The notes under the pieces are model-generated. The model was not told the DNA's origin. It saw nothing but the letters and a program-made list of their open reading frames with translations, and made no database searches. Position numbers and translations under genes: made by a program. This document shows positions 12,179 to 24,687 of a stretch of 64,000 nt of DNA, piece after piece; the first letter of the stretch is position 1, and every line of letters begins with the position of its first letter. Where the stretch lies: NCBI GenBank assembly GCA_010909165.1, contig MU008200.1, positions 248,001 to 312,000 of the forward strand. The letters run 5' to 3'. This stretch comes from Anthoceros angustus (taxonomy: Eukaryota; Plantae; Anthocerotophyta).

Positions 12179-13050
12179 TTGTTAGATGGGGATGATGATG
12201 ATCTCGGTATTTTCCTTGAAGATGCGATAGCTCAGGCACTCCACAATCTTTATGAGGGCTTTATACGGAGTGCTCAACCTGTATCGGGTAACACTGTTGG
12301 TAAGGACCCCCTTATTCCGCCGACCCCGATTTCAAAACAAGGGGCACCCCTTGTGGAGTTGGGCCCCGATCTCACGGCCTTCATTGAAGAGGAATTAGTC
12401 AAAGAGACGCGGGTTGAGCTCTCTTCTACGCCTGTCCTAGGTAAGATCATTGGGGCCTCTCCTTTGGACCGCGATCTGACTACCTTCATCACTAGGATTG
12501 CAGGAACCGAGCCGGCTTCCATTTACATGAAACTTGATCAATCTTTTGAGGGTTTTTTTTTTTTTACTTTACTTTACTTTAACTTTTATTAGTGCATAAT
12601 CTCGCCCCAAAGACCGCACACTAGGGAGGCTGGCGCTTGAGGTTTTTTTACTTTTATTAATGGGTAATCTCGCGTCGAAGACCACACACAAGGGAGGCCA
12701 GCGCTTGAGGTTTTTTTACTTCACTTTTATTTTTATTAGTGAGAAATCTCACGCCGAAGAGCACACACAAGGGAGGCCAGGGCGCCAAATAAATGGGGCG
12801 ATTTCCATACATGTTCCAGTTCAAAGGATGGCACCCCATCCCGGTCATGATTTGTTTACAGGGCGCTTACATGTCGTGTTTTGATATTGAGTGGTCTATG
12901 TGCACTAGGTGGTTAACCACTATGATGCTGATGAGGTTACCAAGCTACTTTTATCCAATGTTAAATACTAAGATAAGTATTCTCTGGAGGTGGTTCCCTA
13001 GAGTCCTCAGGCTAAGTTGGAGGGTAAGCTTGTTTGGGTAAGCCTCCTCG
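12179..13050 (+). pseudogene. Possible L1-type LINE ORF1 (DUF4283-like) fragment interrupted by insertions
   Basis: VLGKIIG...SFEGFF continues, after the insert, with FQFKGWHP and LMRLPSYFY, resembling plant L1 ORF1 spacing. This was recognised by eye only. Confidence 0.4.
12552..12782 (-). mobile_element. Three stacked short retroposon (SINE/LINE) 3' ends with A-rich tails
   Basis: Three diverged units of about 70 bp (AATCTCGC..AAGACC.CACAC.AGGGAGGC..G) are each preceded on the plus strand by a T-rich tract that follows TTGAGG. Confidence 0.55.
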
Positions 13051-13560
13051 TTTGAACTTTGTTAAGCTTGCTGAGCGCTTGGTTGGTGCCATCGACATGG
13101 TGGTGGCGCCCGTGCTCATCGTCACTCTAGCATCCTCCTTCTTGCTGCGGGGTGTAGGTTTTGAATTAGGATAAGCTTCTTGTTACTATCAAATCCATAT
13201 CGCTAAAGACCCAGGGTTTCCACATTATCAGATCTTTGACTACCCTAACATCCTGGCTTGATGCAGATCCTATGGCTCTCATGATCAGTTACAGCACTAG
13301 TGCTCCTGTCAATCTCCATGGAAAATGACTCTGCTAACGACTGGGGCTAGGGACAACGCTGGTACAATTGTTGGTGGTTTATGGTGTGTGCTGGTCTTCT
13401 CATCCGCAAAAAGGATGGTGGAAAGTCGTTTGTTTGGGCTCCAACTAATGGACAACATGTTGCTCTCCCGTTGTGGCCCTTGAGACCATCTGCTTCCGCA
13501 CCCCACTTGCTACTGAACTCTAGGATTTAGCGTATTAGAAATTTGCCTTTATGCTTCTTC

Positions 13561-14100
13561 ACGATTTTCCTGATCAGTGTCAAGCACGGAGAATTCTTCG
13601 TCTCAAGGTAATCAGGGCCCAACACATAGTTTCTTGATGATTTTATAGGGATTATGTAGGTTAATCAATCACTTAGAATAATTACATTATATTGTGTCAA
13701 GAAAAGAACAACTTGCTTTTGCATGAAAAGACAACTTAACTTAAACGGAAAGGTATGTCTATTCAACTAGGGACGTAACCATAACAAACGAGTAGAACTA
13801 TTAAATAATCAATTACGCATATGATAACATACGATTTTCCTGGTCAGCGTCAGGCATGGAAAATCCTTCGTCTCGAGGTAATCAGGGCCCGACACATAGT
13901 TTCTTGATGATTTTATAAGGATTATGTAGGTCAATCAGTCAATTAGAATAATTACATTATATTCTATCAAGAAAAGAACAACTTGCTTTTGCATGAAAAG
14001 ACAACTTAACTTAAACGGAAAGGTATGTCTATTCAACTAGGGACGTAACCATAACGAACGACTAGAACCATTAAATAATCAGTTACCCATATGATAACAT
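13561..14100 (+). repeat. Tandem duplication, 270-bp unit x2
   Basis: 13561-13830 and 13831-14100 align end to end with scattered transitions. Confidence 0.92.
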
Positions 14101-14874
14101 ATTCAAGTGCATAAACCCTAAGCCCAAATATGGTCGACATACGCCTATCTATACTTCATCACTCCCACTTGTTGATCATTTTGGTAGGTGTTGCACAGTC
14201 TACTCTTTGTCGTCAATCCTTTCCTTAAGCATGCCAAAAGAGATGATGGAGGCAACAAACTGCAAGTGCCTTGCGCTCAGCTGCACTAGGCCCCCTACCT
14301 CACTTGTTCGGTATTTAATGGAGCGGGCCAGTCAGAAACCATTCGGGATCAAGTGCGTTGTACTCTTGTGCTTCATTTTCATGCTCTATGCAATTGGAAG
14401 AGAGTGTTTGGAGCGCAAATTTACTGCCGCAATGTCTTCATCCTCAAAGGAGCAGCAGCCACGTCGCTAGCAGCCGAGAGACCATCTAGGGCGCTGCACC
14501 AAGTGGGAGATATCTTTGCCTATGATAACTGCTTCATGGGAGCGGGCTGCAATCCCTATTGCTACAGCTGAGCCTGAGAGACCAAGGAGACGAGGGCGCC
14601 CCCTTGGCACCACCAATGAGGTGCTGAGAGCAAGGAGGGAGATGACAGCGACCATGGGTGCTCCTTCCAGGCGCACCCCCGCGCCCAATTCTGACCACCT
14701 CACGAACTCTGCATCGGCAAGAAGAAGGTTCATGTGCCATGAGTTTGCCTATTACGATGATGAATACTGCGCGCTAGTCCCTTACAAGTTCCCAGAGCCA
14801 GGCGGCGACGTACAAGGAAACACAAGTTGTCAGCTATGGCACTGTCAAGCATCCTGGCACGTGCCCCGCCATGA

Positions 14875-15805
14875 GGCAGCATAACTGTCCATGGCCATAT
14901 TAGGTCATGGCTTATGTCAGAGTCTGTGAAGCACTGAGCTTCACGGTTCGAGTAAGCCTCCAGAATAAGCTTATCACTTAAACAATTATTTAACAAGCGT
15001 GCAAAATAGACTTATAGGCTAACTCCCAAAGCAGCAAAGTAAAAGAAGAACTAGGCAAAATCCTAATCCCACGAATAGTGAAAAGCAATCCCAGCCACTT
15101 GGGATGCTAGTGGCAACCAACAAGATGCGAGGAAAGAGGACAAGATGTGGGACAAGTATGTCTGTCTTTATTATCAACAAGATAATCTATCAGACAATGG
15201 TGACATTTGCAAATCCAAATCCTACTGGCCACCAGGCCCTACATGTATAGCTTCTGGCTGCTCTTTATCTCGCTATCGCATTTCCTTTATCTCGATATCA
15301 ACCTGCTAGATAATATTTATAGTCTCTTGAATATCTATTCTATAAATATTCCTTGTCCCTTTTGTATTAATCCTAATATTCTAAAACTAATATCTATGGA
15401 CAAATCCTTATGTCCATGCCCATCCACATGCCACATGCCATACATCCATCCACATGCTACATGACATACATCGGTCAAATGCTCATACACATGCCATGCA
15501 CCCCTCACATCATCTTTCATGCCGTCCTAGCTACACAGCCTACAGCTTTATTATGTACAAAGCCTCTTGTCAGTCTATGCCATGACAGCTGTCGCACCTT
15601 GAGACAGCATAACTGTCCATGGCCACATTAAGTCATGGCTCATGTCAGAGTCTGTGAAGCACTGAGCTTCATGGTTCGGGTAAGCCTCCAAAATAGGCTT
15701 ATTACTTAAACAAGCATTTAATAAGCCTACAAAATAGACTTATCGGCTAACTACCAAAGCAGCAAAGTGAGAGAAGAACTAGGCAAAATCCTAATCCCGC
15801 GAATA
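14875..15805 (+). repeat. Direct repeat of about 200 bp (14875-15075 and 15605-15805), probable TE remnant
   Basis: CAGCATAACTGTCCATGGCC...CTAGGCAAAATCCTAATCCC is present twice, about 730 bp apart. Confidence 0.8.
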
Positions 15806-16021
15806 AAATCTAGTGAACAAACAGCATTAGAGAATTAGAGTTTGCACCTGAAGCTACCAAAAACCAAACCAGCGAGAAGCAAAACGCTTGGAGATGCTGG
15901 TCTCATAGATTGGTGGGGGAGGAGGATGCATATCATCTTCCTCATCTTCACACAGCTGCTCGAGCTTCACCTCCATGGACTCGTCCAACTAAAGACTGTT
16001 GTCTGACCCTGGATCACTGTC

Positions 16022-18210
16022 TTGAACAACCATTTCATCAATATGATAGGGCGGATGGCGAGCTATCGCCCTCATGAAAAGACAAGAACCTATCAAGCAA
16101 GGGAAATTGCGGGTAGGCGAGCAGAGACCCAGCGCCAGGAGGACATCATGAGGATGGAAGCTCAAGTGGAGCACTTGGAAAAGAGTCTTGAAACAAGGCT
16201 ACAGGAGGCAAACAATCATATCCGGGAAAACAAGGCTCTTACCAAGCAACTGGCAACTTGAGAGGAGAAGGTGGAACAACTTGCCCACATGGTGCGCACA
16301 TGAGAAAAGATGGCAGAAGACAATCATGTGCTGATAATGGAGGAAAGGAAGAGACAAGACAAGTACCTGCAGCAAATGAAGGCCGCACAAAGGTAAGTAG
16401 GTGCACATGAGCAGGTCGTAGCCACACAGGCTGTGACAATCCGTGATGTGGAAAAGGAGCTGGGAGAGATCCTCCGGAGGTTGGAGCAGAAGGAAGAAGA
16501 GCTGGAAGAACAGACACATTCTGTCCGTAGATTGAAAATGGAACGAGAAGTCCAGCAGCAGGAGAATGCACAACTCCCTAGGAGGATAGGGGAGTTGGAA
16601 GAAGAAATGGCGAAGGAGAAAGGCCGTCATGAGGCGGTTGTGCAGCATATGCTAGCGGTGAGGGAGCAGAGATTTCGGGCTGACTATGCCCTACAAGAGA
16701 GGTTGATTCGCCAACTGCAGACGGAAAGAGCGGAGAAGGTGGCTCTCCACGTCAGGATTGGTGAGCTAACCCTGGAGCGAGATGCTTACAAAAGTAAGTG
16801 TGAGCATGGAGAATCACCTGGAGAAGACCAACCTCTTAATATGGGTGCAGGAGCAAGGAGCTCACTTGCTTCATAAGTGAGAGGAAGAGGAGCAGCCGAG
16901 GATGAGCCAATGGCTAAGAGAGCCCGGGCTATTTCATTGGAGGAAGAAGCTCCAGGCAGGCATCAACATAAGGAGAGGGATTCATCAAGAGTCCCTAAAT
17001 TAGCTTGAAGACATAAGACAAGATGCCACTTGGGGGGAGACTTTCTTTAGAGGAGGACAGGCATAAATGTTTGCCAACCCAGCAGGGGTGTGTTGACTAG
17101 GTAGATAGGAATGTTGACAGGAGCCATTAAGGCTCACGTGGGTGAATTTTGGTAGAATAGAATTTTACCCAAGATGCTTCAATGTTAGAACTTAAAGTCT
17201 GACAGTAAGATACACTAAAATAAGGAGTGAGGCGGCGTCAGGAGGGCGCGCCAGGGGGAGGTTGTATGTGAGGTCTTCCCTATAAAAGGAGGGAGCTTGT
17301 GAAGTAAAATTATCGTGTCTTGCGCTCCCATCCTCCCGAGTCCTTCGCTTTGTGTGCAGAAGTTTCGTGCCGGCTGCAAGCAAATGCAGCGTCTGGTAGA
17401 GAGGGAGTACGTGACGGTCGGAGTGCTGGGCGGAGGGCTTGCTCTCTGCAGGCGTCCCTGCCAGCTGCTCCTCTTGTGAATGGTTGCTGTGTGAATTATT
17501 TTGCTTTGAGTGTGTGGCGATGCTCAAGGAACTCTCGGCTTGAGGGTAGACTGCAAGGAAAGACTCCCTGGAGGTTCTCGCTGTCTTGTACAACCACATA
17601 GCAACCGGCCCAAGGAAGAACTCGTTAATTTCCGGACGGAACCCAGGCAGTTGTGCCGTAAGGGCGAGTTAGAATTAATGAGCCAGCAAATGGTGTTAGA
17701 ATAGGAGATCGTGGAAGGAGGAAGGTTAGATGAGTGGAGAAGAAAAGAGCGTTGTCGATTGAGAGGGTTGAGAAGAGGATTAGAGTGTAGGAAAAGTGGA
17801 AGGCCAAAGGCAGAGCCTACGGGACGAATCCCAAATCTGCAGCAAGAGGGCGCTCCTTGTGTGGAGAAGATTGGTCTTGGGAGTAGGGACGGAATTGCGG
17901 TGTGGTTCAGGGGGTCGCTGGGCGCCCGTGATAGACTTCTTGCTGCTAAGACATGACTTGCAATGGTGTTGTGTCGTTGTAGGTCGAGGATTGGTGAATT
18001 TTCATAGCAGTGCAGGTGGTGCAGCTACTGTAAGGGGGAGAGTAGTGGGCGCCTTGCTTGTTTAGGAGGCTGAGGTAGTGTGTAGCTGCAGGCAGTGATT
18101 GATTTCCCAAGATCCGACCGTTCACACAAGTCTCATGGTACGAAACGACAGTGGGATAAGTGTGGCTGCTAGAGGGTGAATCTCGGAAGCCCCGGAATCT
18201 GCTTCCCACA
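16022..18210 (+). mobile_element. Ty3/gypsy family A 3' end: extra ORF remnant (16022-16876), PPT, LTR (about 17068-18210)
   Basis: A coiled-coil ORF with RFRADYALQ is followed by a purine tract AGAGGAGGACAGGCA and TGT at 17068. TATA CCTATAAAAG lies near 17279. The U5 motif GTGGGATAAGTGTGGC precedes the end CCCACA at 18210, where copia RT homology begins. Confidence 0.8.
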
Positions 18211-21200
18211 ATGGTAAACATCAAAGTGCCCACTGCTTGTCTGTAAAGAATGTTCTTCATTTCCTCCTCCTCGTGATTGCTTACAGGACATTGGCCTTTG
18301 CTAAGCCTCATATCTAAACAAAGAGGTGTTGCAATTGGCCTGCAATCAGTCATTCCAAAACGATCCAAGAGTTCCTCAATGTACTTCTGTTGTCCAAGCT
18401 TGATTATTCTCCTCACCCTGTCTCTAATCACTTGAATGCCAAGGCAATAGTTGAGCTCCCCCAAGTCCTTCATTTCAAATTGTCTTGACAACATCTCCTT
18501 TACCTCATTGATGGCATCTATAAATGCGCTCAACAAAATGAGGTCATCCACGTATATGGCTAGAATAACCATAGATTGGAGAACTTTGGATATGTAGATG
18601 CTTTCATCAGATGTGCATTTTTTAAATCCTTGCTCCTTTAAGAAGGCATTGATCTTCTCATACCAAGCTCTAGACCCTTGCTTCAATCCATAGAGAGCTT
18701 TCTTCAATTTGCACACCAAACTCTTATTGCCTTTTTTGATATACCCTTCAGGTTGCTCCATATAAATGTCTTTTTCCAAATCTCCATTGAGAAATGCAGT
18801 TTTTACATCCATTTGATGAATCTCCAAATCATCAATTGCTCCCACTGCAAGTAAAGTCCTTATTGACACAAATTTGGCCACTGGAGCAAAGGTCTCATTG
18901 TAATGATGCCTTGTTCTTGGCTATATCCCTTCACCACCAATCTTGCCTTATATCTCTCAATCTGACCATTAGAATCTCTCTTGATTCTAAACACCCATTT
19001 GCTCCCAATAGCATTCCTTCCTGCAGGCAAGGAGGTTAACACCCAAGTGTCATTCTTCTTCAACGACTTCATCTCATCATCCACAGCTTCTTTCCATCGC
19101 TTTGCATCCTTTCCTTGTAGTGCTTCAGCTATCGTTCTTGTTTCCCTCCCATATTCCATAGCAATGGATGCAAACTCTAGTCCTTCTCTCCAATCTCTTG
19201 GTGGACGCTCCTTTTTTGGATACCTCCTCGGAGGAAGAATTTCTTCTCTCAAGGGTTCTTCCTCATTGTTTCCCTCGCTAGGGATCATTTCATTCCCATC
19301 AATCGGAATGACGTCTTTTCCAATTGGTTCTTGAGGTATCACAACCTCATGAGCATCAACAATAGGAAATTTCTCGCTATCTATAGTCTCCGCCTCATCA
19401 AAAACCACATCTCTACTTATGATGATGCGCCTAGATGCCTTGTCATACAATCTATAGGCCTTTCTATCAATATCATAGCCCACAAAAATGCACTCCAATG
19501 CCTTCCCTTCGAGCTTGCTGATGACTTCTTTGGGTTTATGCGCAAAGGCTCTACACCCAAACACATGCAAGTGAGCAATAGAAGGCTTCCTCCCTAACCA
19601 GCATTCCTCCGTGTCATATCCTCTAGTGATGCACTTGCACTTCTATTAGTTAGGTAGACAGCAGTTGTAATGGCTTCCCCCCAAAACTCATAGCCCAATT
19701 GATGATGATGAAGCATGCTCCTAGCACATTCTACCAAAGTTCTATTTATCCTTTCCGCAACTCCATTTTGCTGAGGAGTGTAAGGGGCCACTTGAAACTC
19801 CTTAAAACTTTTATTTTTCTACCAATTTGATTCTCCATAAGTGCTTTATACTCCTTGAACTTGGATAAACAGGCATCCTTGGATTTGAGGAAGTAAACCT
19901 TGGTATACTTTGACTTGTCTACTGTGAAAGTGAGGAAATACTTGGCCCCTCCTAGAGATGTGGTCTTCATGGGGCCACAGATGTTTGAGTGAATCAAATC
20001 TAGCACATGGTTAGCTCTAATTCCTCCCCTTGGAAATGGAAATCGATGTTGCTTTCCCATCATGCAGCATCTGCAAATACCTATATCTTCCTCCTCTCCA
20101 AGCTCAAGTCCTCTTACCATATTTTTCTTCTCCATGAGCTTGATGTTTTGAACTCCAAGATGTCCCAATGTTTGGTGCCACAATAGTAGCTTGTTGTTGT
20201 GCTCTTGTACCACATTTGCCTCCATTCTTGAGCATGGCACCACAGTACTCCCACTTAAAACAATACATCTTCCAACCTTCACTCCTTGTGCTCTCACTTC
20301 TTCTTTTGCATTCGTGAAGGTCACTCCAGCTTCCTCAAACTCTCAACCCTTGAGAGGTAGCCGCTAACGGAGAAGAGGTTTTGCTCAGGCTGGCACATAG
20401 AGGACCTTCTTTAACATCCCACAAATAGGCCCTTTAGGAGTGGTCATGGTTAGAAATACAACTCCTTCTCCCTCACATTTTTGAGCTGAATTATCACCCA
20501 AGTAAATGTTAGTTGCAGGAGTGGGTTTGAAAGAGTGAAACCATTCACGCCTATTGGTCATATGCTCCGAAGCTCCTAAATCGATATACCACCTGTCAGC
20601 TTCATTTGAGTGGTGATGTGTACTCACAAAGGCCTCATCAAAGTCTTTAGCACATTTGCTTTGAGGTCTTGCTTTCTCGTCCCTTTGTTTCTTGAAATTG
20701 TTCCTCGCAATGTGTCCAACCTTGCCACAGTAGTTGCAAGTTATGTTGGACCTTCTATATCCTCCTACAGATTGAGAAGGACCTTCCCCTAGCTTGATGG
20801 AACTTGATTGTTCTTCTTGAGGCTTTTTGGCCACAAAAGCTGATTCCTCAGATATCTTCCCCTTTTCTCTTCTTTTTGTCTCTTCATGTAAGAGTTTGCT
20901 CACAAGAATCTCTAAAGTCAAAGTCTCTATTCTTGACCCCAAAGCCACGATCAAATTGTTGTATGACTCTTGAAGACTTGCAAGAAGAGTCATCACCAAG
21001 TCATCATCTGACACAGGGGCTCCAACAGCTGCTAATTGTTGTGACAAACTCCTCACTTTGTCTACATGCTCAATGACACTGTCATGCTCACCCATTTGAA
21101 GAGTGAAGAACCTTCTATTCAAAAACAAGCGGTTCACAAGGCTCTTGTTCTCATACAGCGCCTCCAGCTTTTGCCAAGCTGCCCTTGCAGTCTTACAAGA

Positions 21201-21770
21201 AGTCACATGCATCAGTTGTGCAGCTTCCAAATTGAAGCAAATGGTTGCAAAAGCTTTGCCTGCATTCTCCTCCCACTTGGATTGTCGCTCCAGTTCTATA
21301 GGGCGTTCTTCAGTTCCTGACACTATTCCCCACAAGCCTTTCTTGGCCAACAGCATCTGCATCTTGAACTTCCACAAGTTGAAGTTGTTACCACCAAATT
21401 TGGAAATGACTTGTAGCATCACCATGCCTTGGGTGTGTGGGCCCATAACCTGTTGAGATTGGAAGCTAGCCATGCTTCAAGAGGGTCAAAAGTGTCAAGA
21501 AAGCAAGTGTTCAGAATTGCAAAACTAAGACCACCTAAGCGAGGCCTTAAAACACAAATGAAGAGCAACTTTGAGCAAACAACACAAAGACAGAAGTCAA
21601 GAGCTGAACCTGCTATAGCTAGCTGGTCTCACCCCTTTTTAAACCCTAAAAAGTGTCACTCACGTTTCCTACTCAATATGGGGTATATATTTCCCATTTA
21701 CCCACTTCTATTTACTTATAGTAAGCTCAATCACCTACATCTTTTACGCATAGTCATATCCATGTTAACA
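18211..21770 (-). mobile_element. Ty1/copia element (copia-1), 3'-truncated: LTR, half-tRNA PBS, gag-PR-INT-RT
   Basis: ORF 20385-21473 has gag KFGGNNFNLWKFKM, a zinc knuckle remnant and protease WYIDLGASEHM. ORFs 19746-20324 and 19594-19791 are integrase (PQQNGVAER). ORFs 18860-19570 and 17946-18881 are RT (KARLV, QMDVKTAFLNG, YVDD). The LTR 21770-21451 runs TGTT...AACA. Confidence 0.95.
21438..21450 (-). other. Primer-binding site GGTTATGGGCCCA (internal/half initiator-Met tRNA type)
   Basis: It directly follows the LTR end TCTCAACA. The LTR fragments ending at 59996 and 60828 stop at the same CA. Confidence 0.85.
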
Positions 21771-21804
21771 AACTCAGTAAGCTGCATCTTCAGCAATGAC
21801 TGGA

Positions 21805-22485
21805 GGAGTAGAGTGTAGTGCAAGGCCATAAGCAGAGCCTAAGGGATGAATCCCAAATCTGTAACAAGATGGTGCTCAAATTGTTGAAGGAGTTAGTCCT
21901 AGAGGTGGGGACAAAGTCGCGGCCACGTTTGGGGGTCCCTGGGCACGCGTGGTGGACTCTGAGGCATGGCCTACAGTTGTGTTGTATCGTTGTAGGTCGG
22001 GAGTTGGCGAATTTTCGGAGCAGTGCAAGTGGTGCAGCTGCTGTAGAGGGAGAGTTGTAGGGCGCCTTGCTTGTTGAGGGGGCTGAGGTTGTGAATGGGT
22101 GTAGGCAACGATTGATCTCTCAGAATTCGGCTGTCCACACAAGTCTCGTGGGACGAAACCCAATGTACTGAGCGACAATGGGATTAGTGTGGCCACTAGA
22201 GGGTGAATCTCGGAAGCCCCGGGATTTTCCTGTGTCGTTGTAGGTCGGGAGTTGATGAATTTTCAGAGCAGTGCAAGTGGTGCAACTGCTATAGAGGGAG
22301 GGTTAGAGGGCGCCTTGATTGTTAAGGGGGCTGAGGTTGTGAGTGGGTGTAGGCAACGATTGATCTCTCAGAATCCGGCTGTCCACACAAGTCTCATGGG
22401 ACAAAACCCAACATGCTAAGCGACAGTGGGACAAGTGTGGCAACTAGAGGGTGAATCTCGGAAGCCCCGGGATTTTCCTGCCACA
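21805..22485 (+). mobile_element. Family-A LTR 3' portion with internal duplication of about 250 bp
   Basis: Aligns with 17775-18210. Bases 21980-22230 are repeated at 22232-22480, and the segment ends TTTCCTGCCACA. Confidence 0.85.
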
Positions 22486-24687
22486 ATACTCCAACTTGGA
22501 GGTAATTGAAGAATGTTATGCGAGTTTGCACCAGACAATGGAGGAATTGGCTGCCTTACCGAATAGGAATGCTAGGACGGACCGAAGATACTGGACGGTG
22601 AGAAGCATAAGGCAGGTATACGGAAGACCGGATAGTGAGGATGATGGGATCACCCTCATGGAGGGGACTAATGGTGGAAAACGGTCATCCGCCACAAATC
22701 TACCCAAGGAGGCCTTGTCACTTATGCAGGGAGGAATGAAAGCTAAGACCAAGAATGGCTGGAGGACGGACCAGGTGATAGAGCTTAAGTGGAGATTGTT
22801 TGCAAAGATTGTCTTGGGCCTGGTGAATTGCCCACGCACCTCTTACTTCAGCAGTACATTTTTACATTTCCTGTGGAAGGTGTCTCAAGGACAAAGGCCA
22901 AATTGGGGATTGATCATGTATGAGATTACATCCATCATCGGGAGAAATTGCTCAAGCCCAATGCAGCAGACGAGGGAAGTGCACGGCCGTGCTATCTCAG
23001 TACGTATTTGATACACTTGTGGAAAACAGAGGGATTGCTGACTAGTGAAGAATTGGATGATTCTAGGCATCCTTTTGACATTGTGCATTTAAGGCCTGGA
23101 GTGGAGCGGCCTTTGCTTGGTGTGTTGCAGAGGAAGGAGACGGCAGTAGTACCAACCAAAGTATTGTTGTTGGAGGGAGTGCCTCCAAGAGAGCCCAAGG
23201 AAGAGACTGCAGAAATGCCCGAAATTCGGGTCATGGAGGGCCAAGAAATGGAAGAAAGGACGGAACCTACGGTGGTAGGTATGACACCTACCATGGTAGG
23301 TAACAGACCTACGGCGATAGGGAATGTGCCCACTGTAGTATGGGACCCAACCAGCCCCTTTGTAAGGGAACCTACAGCCGCAGGTGAGAGACCTACGGTG
23401 GACAGCAACCTACGGTGGTAGGTAAGTCACCTACGCCGGTAGGTAAGAAACCTACCACGGTAGATGAAGGGGGAAAGCATGGTTTGGAGGCTCCTAAGAG
23501 GGAGCCAAGGAAGCAACCAGCTTCGAGAGGTGGGCGAGCAGATGGAGCCTCTGTAGGAGGTGCTGCTCCATCAAGTGGTGAGCAAGGAGCTCATCATGAG
23601 AGGACGAGGGATGCAAGATCCCATGGAAAGAGCAAGGAGTCCGAGCATCCAGCGGAAGGAGGAATGGACTTGGGGCCCTTGGGGAGATACTTCGGCTATG
23701 TGAAATGCTCAGCCAGGTGGATGTGGAAGAGGCCAAGAGGGTGGCCAACTCCTTAAGGGCGGAAGGAGAAAAAGAAAGACTAGCTAGGTACGGGAAACTG
23801 TGAGTAGGTTGGTGGAAACGCAGCTGCAGGTAAAAGCTATGGAAATGGAAGCTAAGGTGGAGCACTTGGAGAAGAACCTTGAAGCAAGTCAACAAGAGGT
23901 AATCAACCACATAAGGGAGAACAAGGCTCCACAAAGCAGCTGGCTACTCGCGATACACAGGTTAAACAGCTTGTCCACATGAGAAACACATGCGTGTTGA
24001 GGTACATGAGAAAGTCATGGCTACCCGTAAAAATCTGTGACTTGGAGAAGGAGTTAGGAGAAACCCGCCGGAGTTTGGAGGCAAAGGAGGTTGAGCTGGA
24101 AGAACGGACACATTTGATCCGGGGATTGGAGATGGAGCGGGAAGGTCGGCAGCAGGAAATTGAAGGTCTTCCCGAGAAGATAGCGGAGTTAGGGAAGGAG
24201 AAAGCGGAAGAAGAGGACTGTCACAAGGCGGTCATGCATCTTACGTTGGTGGTAAGGAAGAAAAGATTTTGGACTGACCATGCCTTGCAGGAGAAGTTGA
24301 TCCACCAACTATGAGAGAGTGGAGAACACAGCTCTCCATGTGAGGGTGGGAGAGCTGACCTTGGAGCAAGATGCCTACAAGAGCAAGTATGAACAAGGAA
24401 TGTGGCCGGAGGATCATGAGGAGTTGAGGTTGGAACAACAACGAATAGCGGCCCATCTCCACAACAAGATACTCAAGGCGATTAACGAATTATTGCGCCT
24501 TGCTAAGAGGAGGATGTTGGGGCCACATGATGATGACAGGGAGGTCCTTATTCAAATCAAGCTAGGGGCCTTAGACTTTGAGGACGCCACAAGTGACAGG
24601 ACTCCCACGGAACTCAAGATGAAGAGGCCTTGTGACAAGCGGAGGCAAGCAAAGCTGGAGGAGCTCCGATGGAAAGAGAGCTCATAA
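22486..24687 (+). pseudogene. Family-A extra ORF, most complete copy (frameshifted)
   Basis: Overlapping ORFs 22451-23011, 22948-23421, 23800-23982, 23979-24314 and 24319-24687 are collinear with 52741-54919 (LKWRLF..IVLGL, LSTYL..LW...GLLT.EEL, coiled coil, LGPHDDDRE). Confidence 0.85.

Noticed and set aside
16022-17067. Accessory ORF lying inside the LTR in all family-A copies
   Set aside because: PPT plus TGT starts downstream of the ORF at 17068 and 685(-) place it in the internal region for these copies. Only the 52578 copy leaves the question open.
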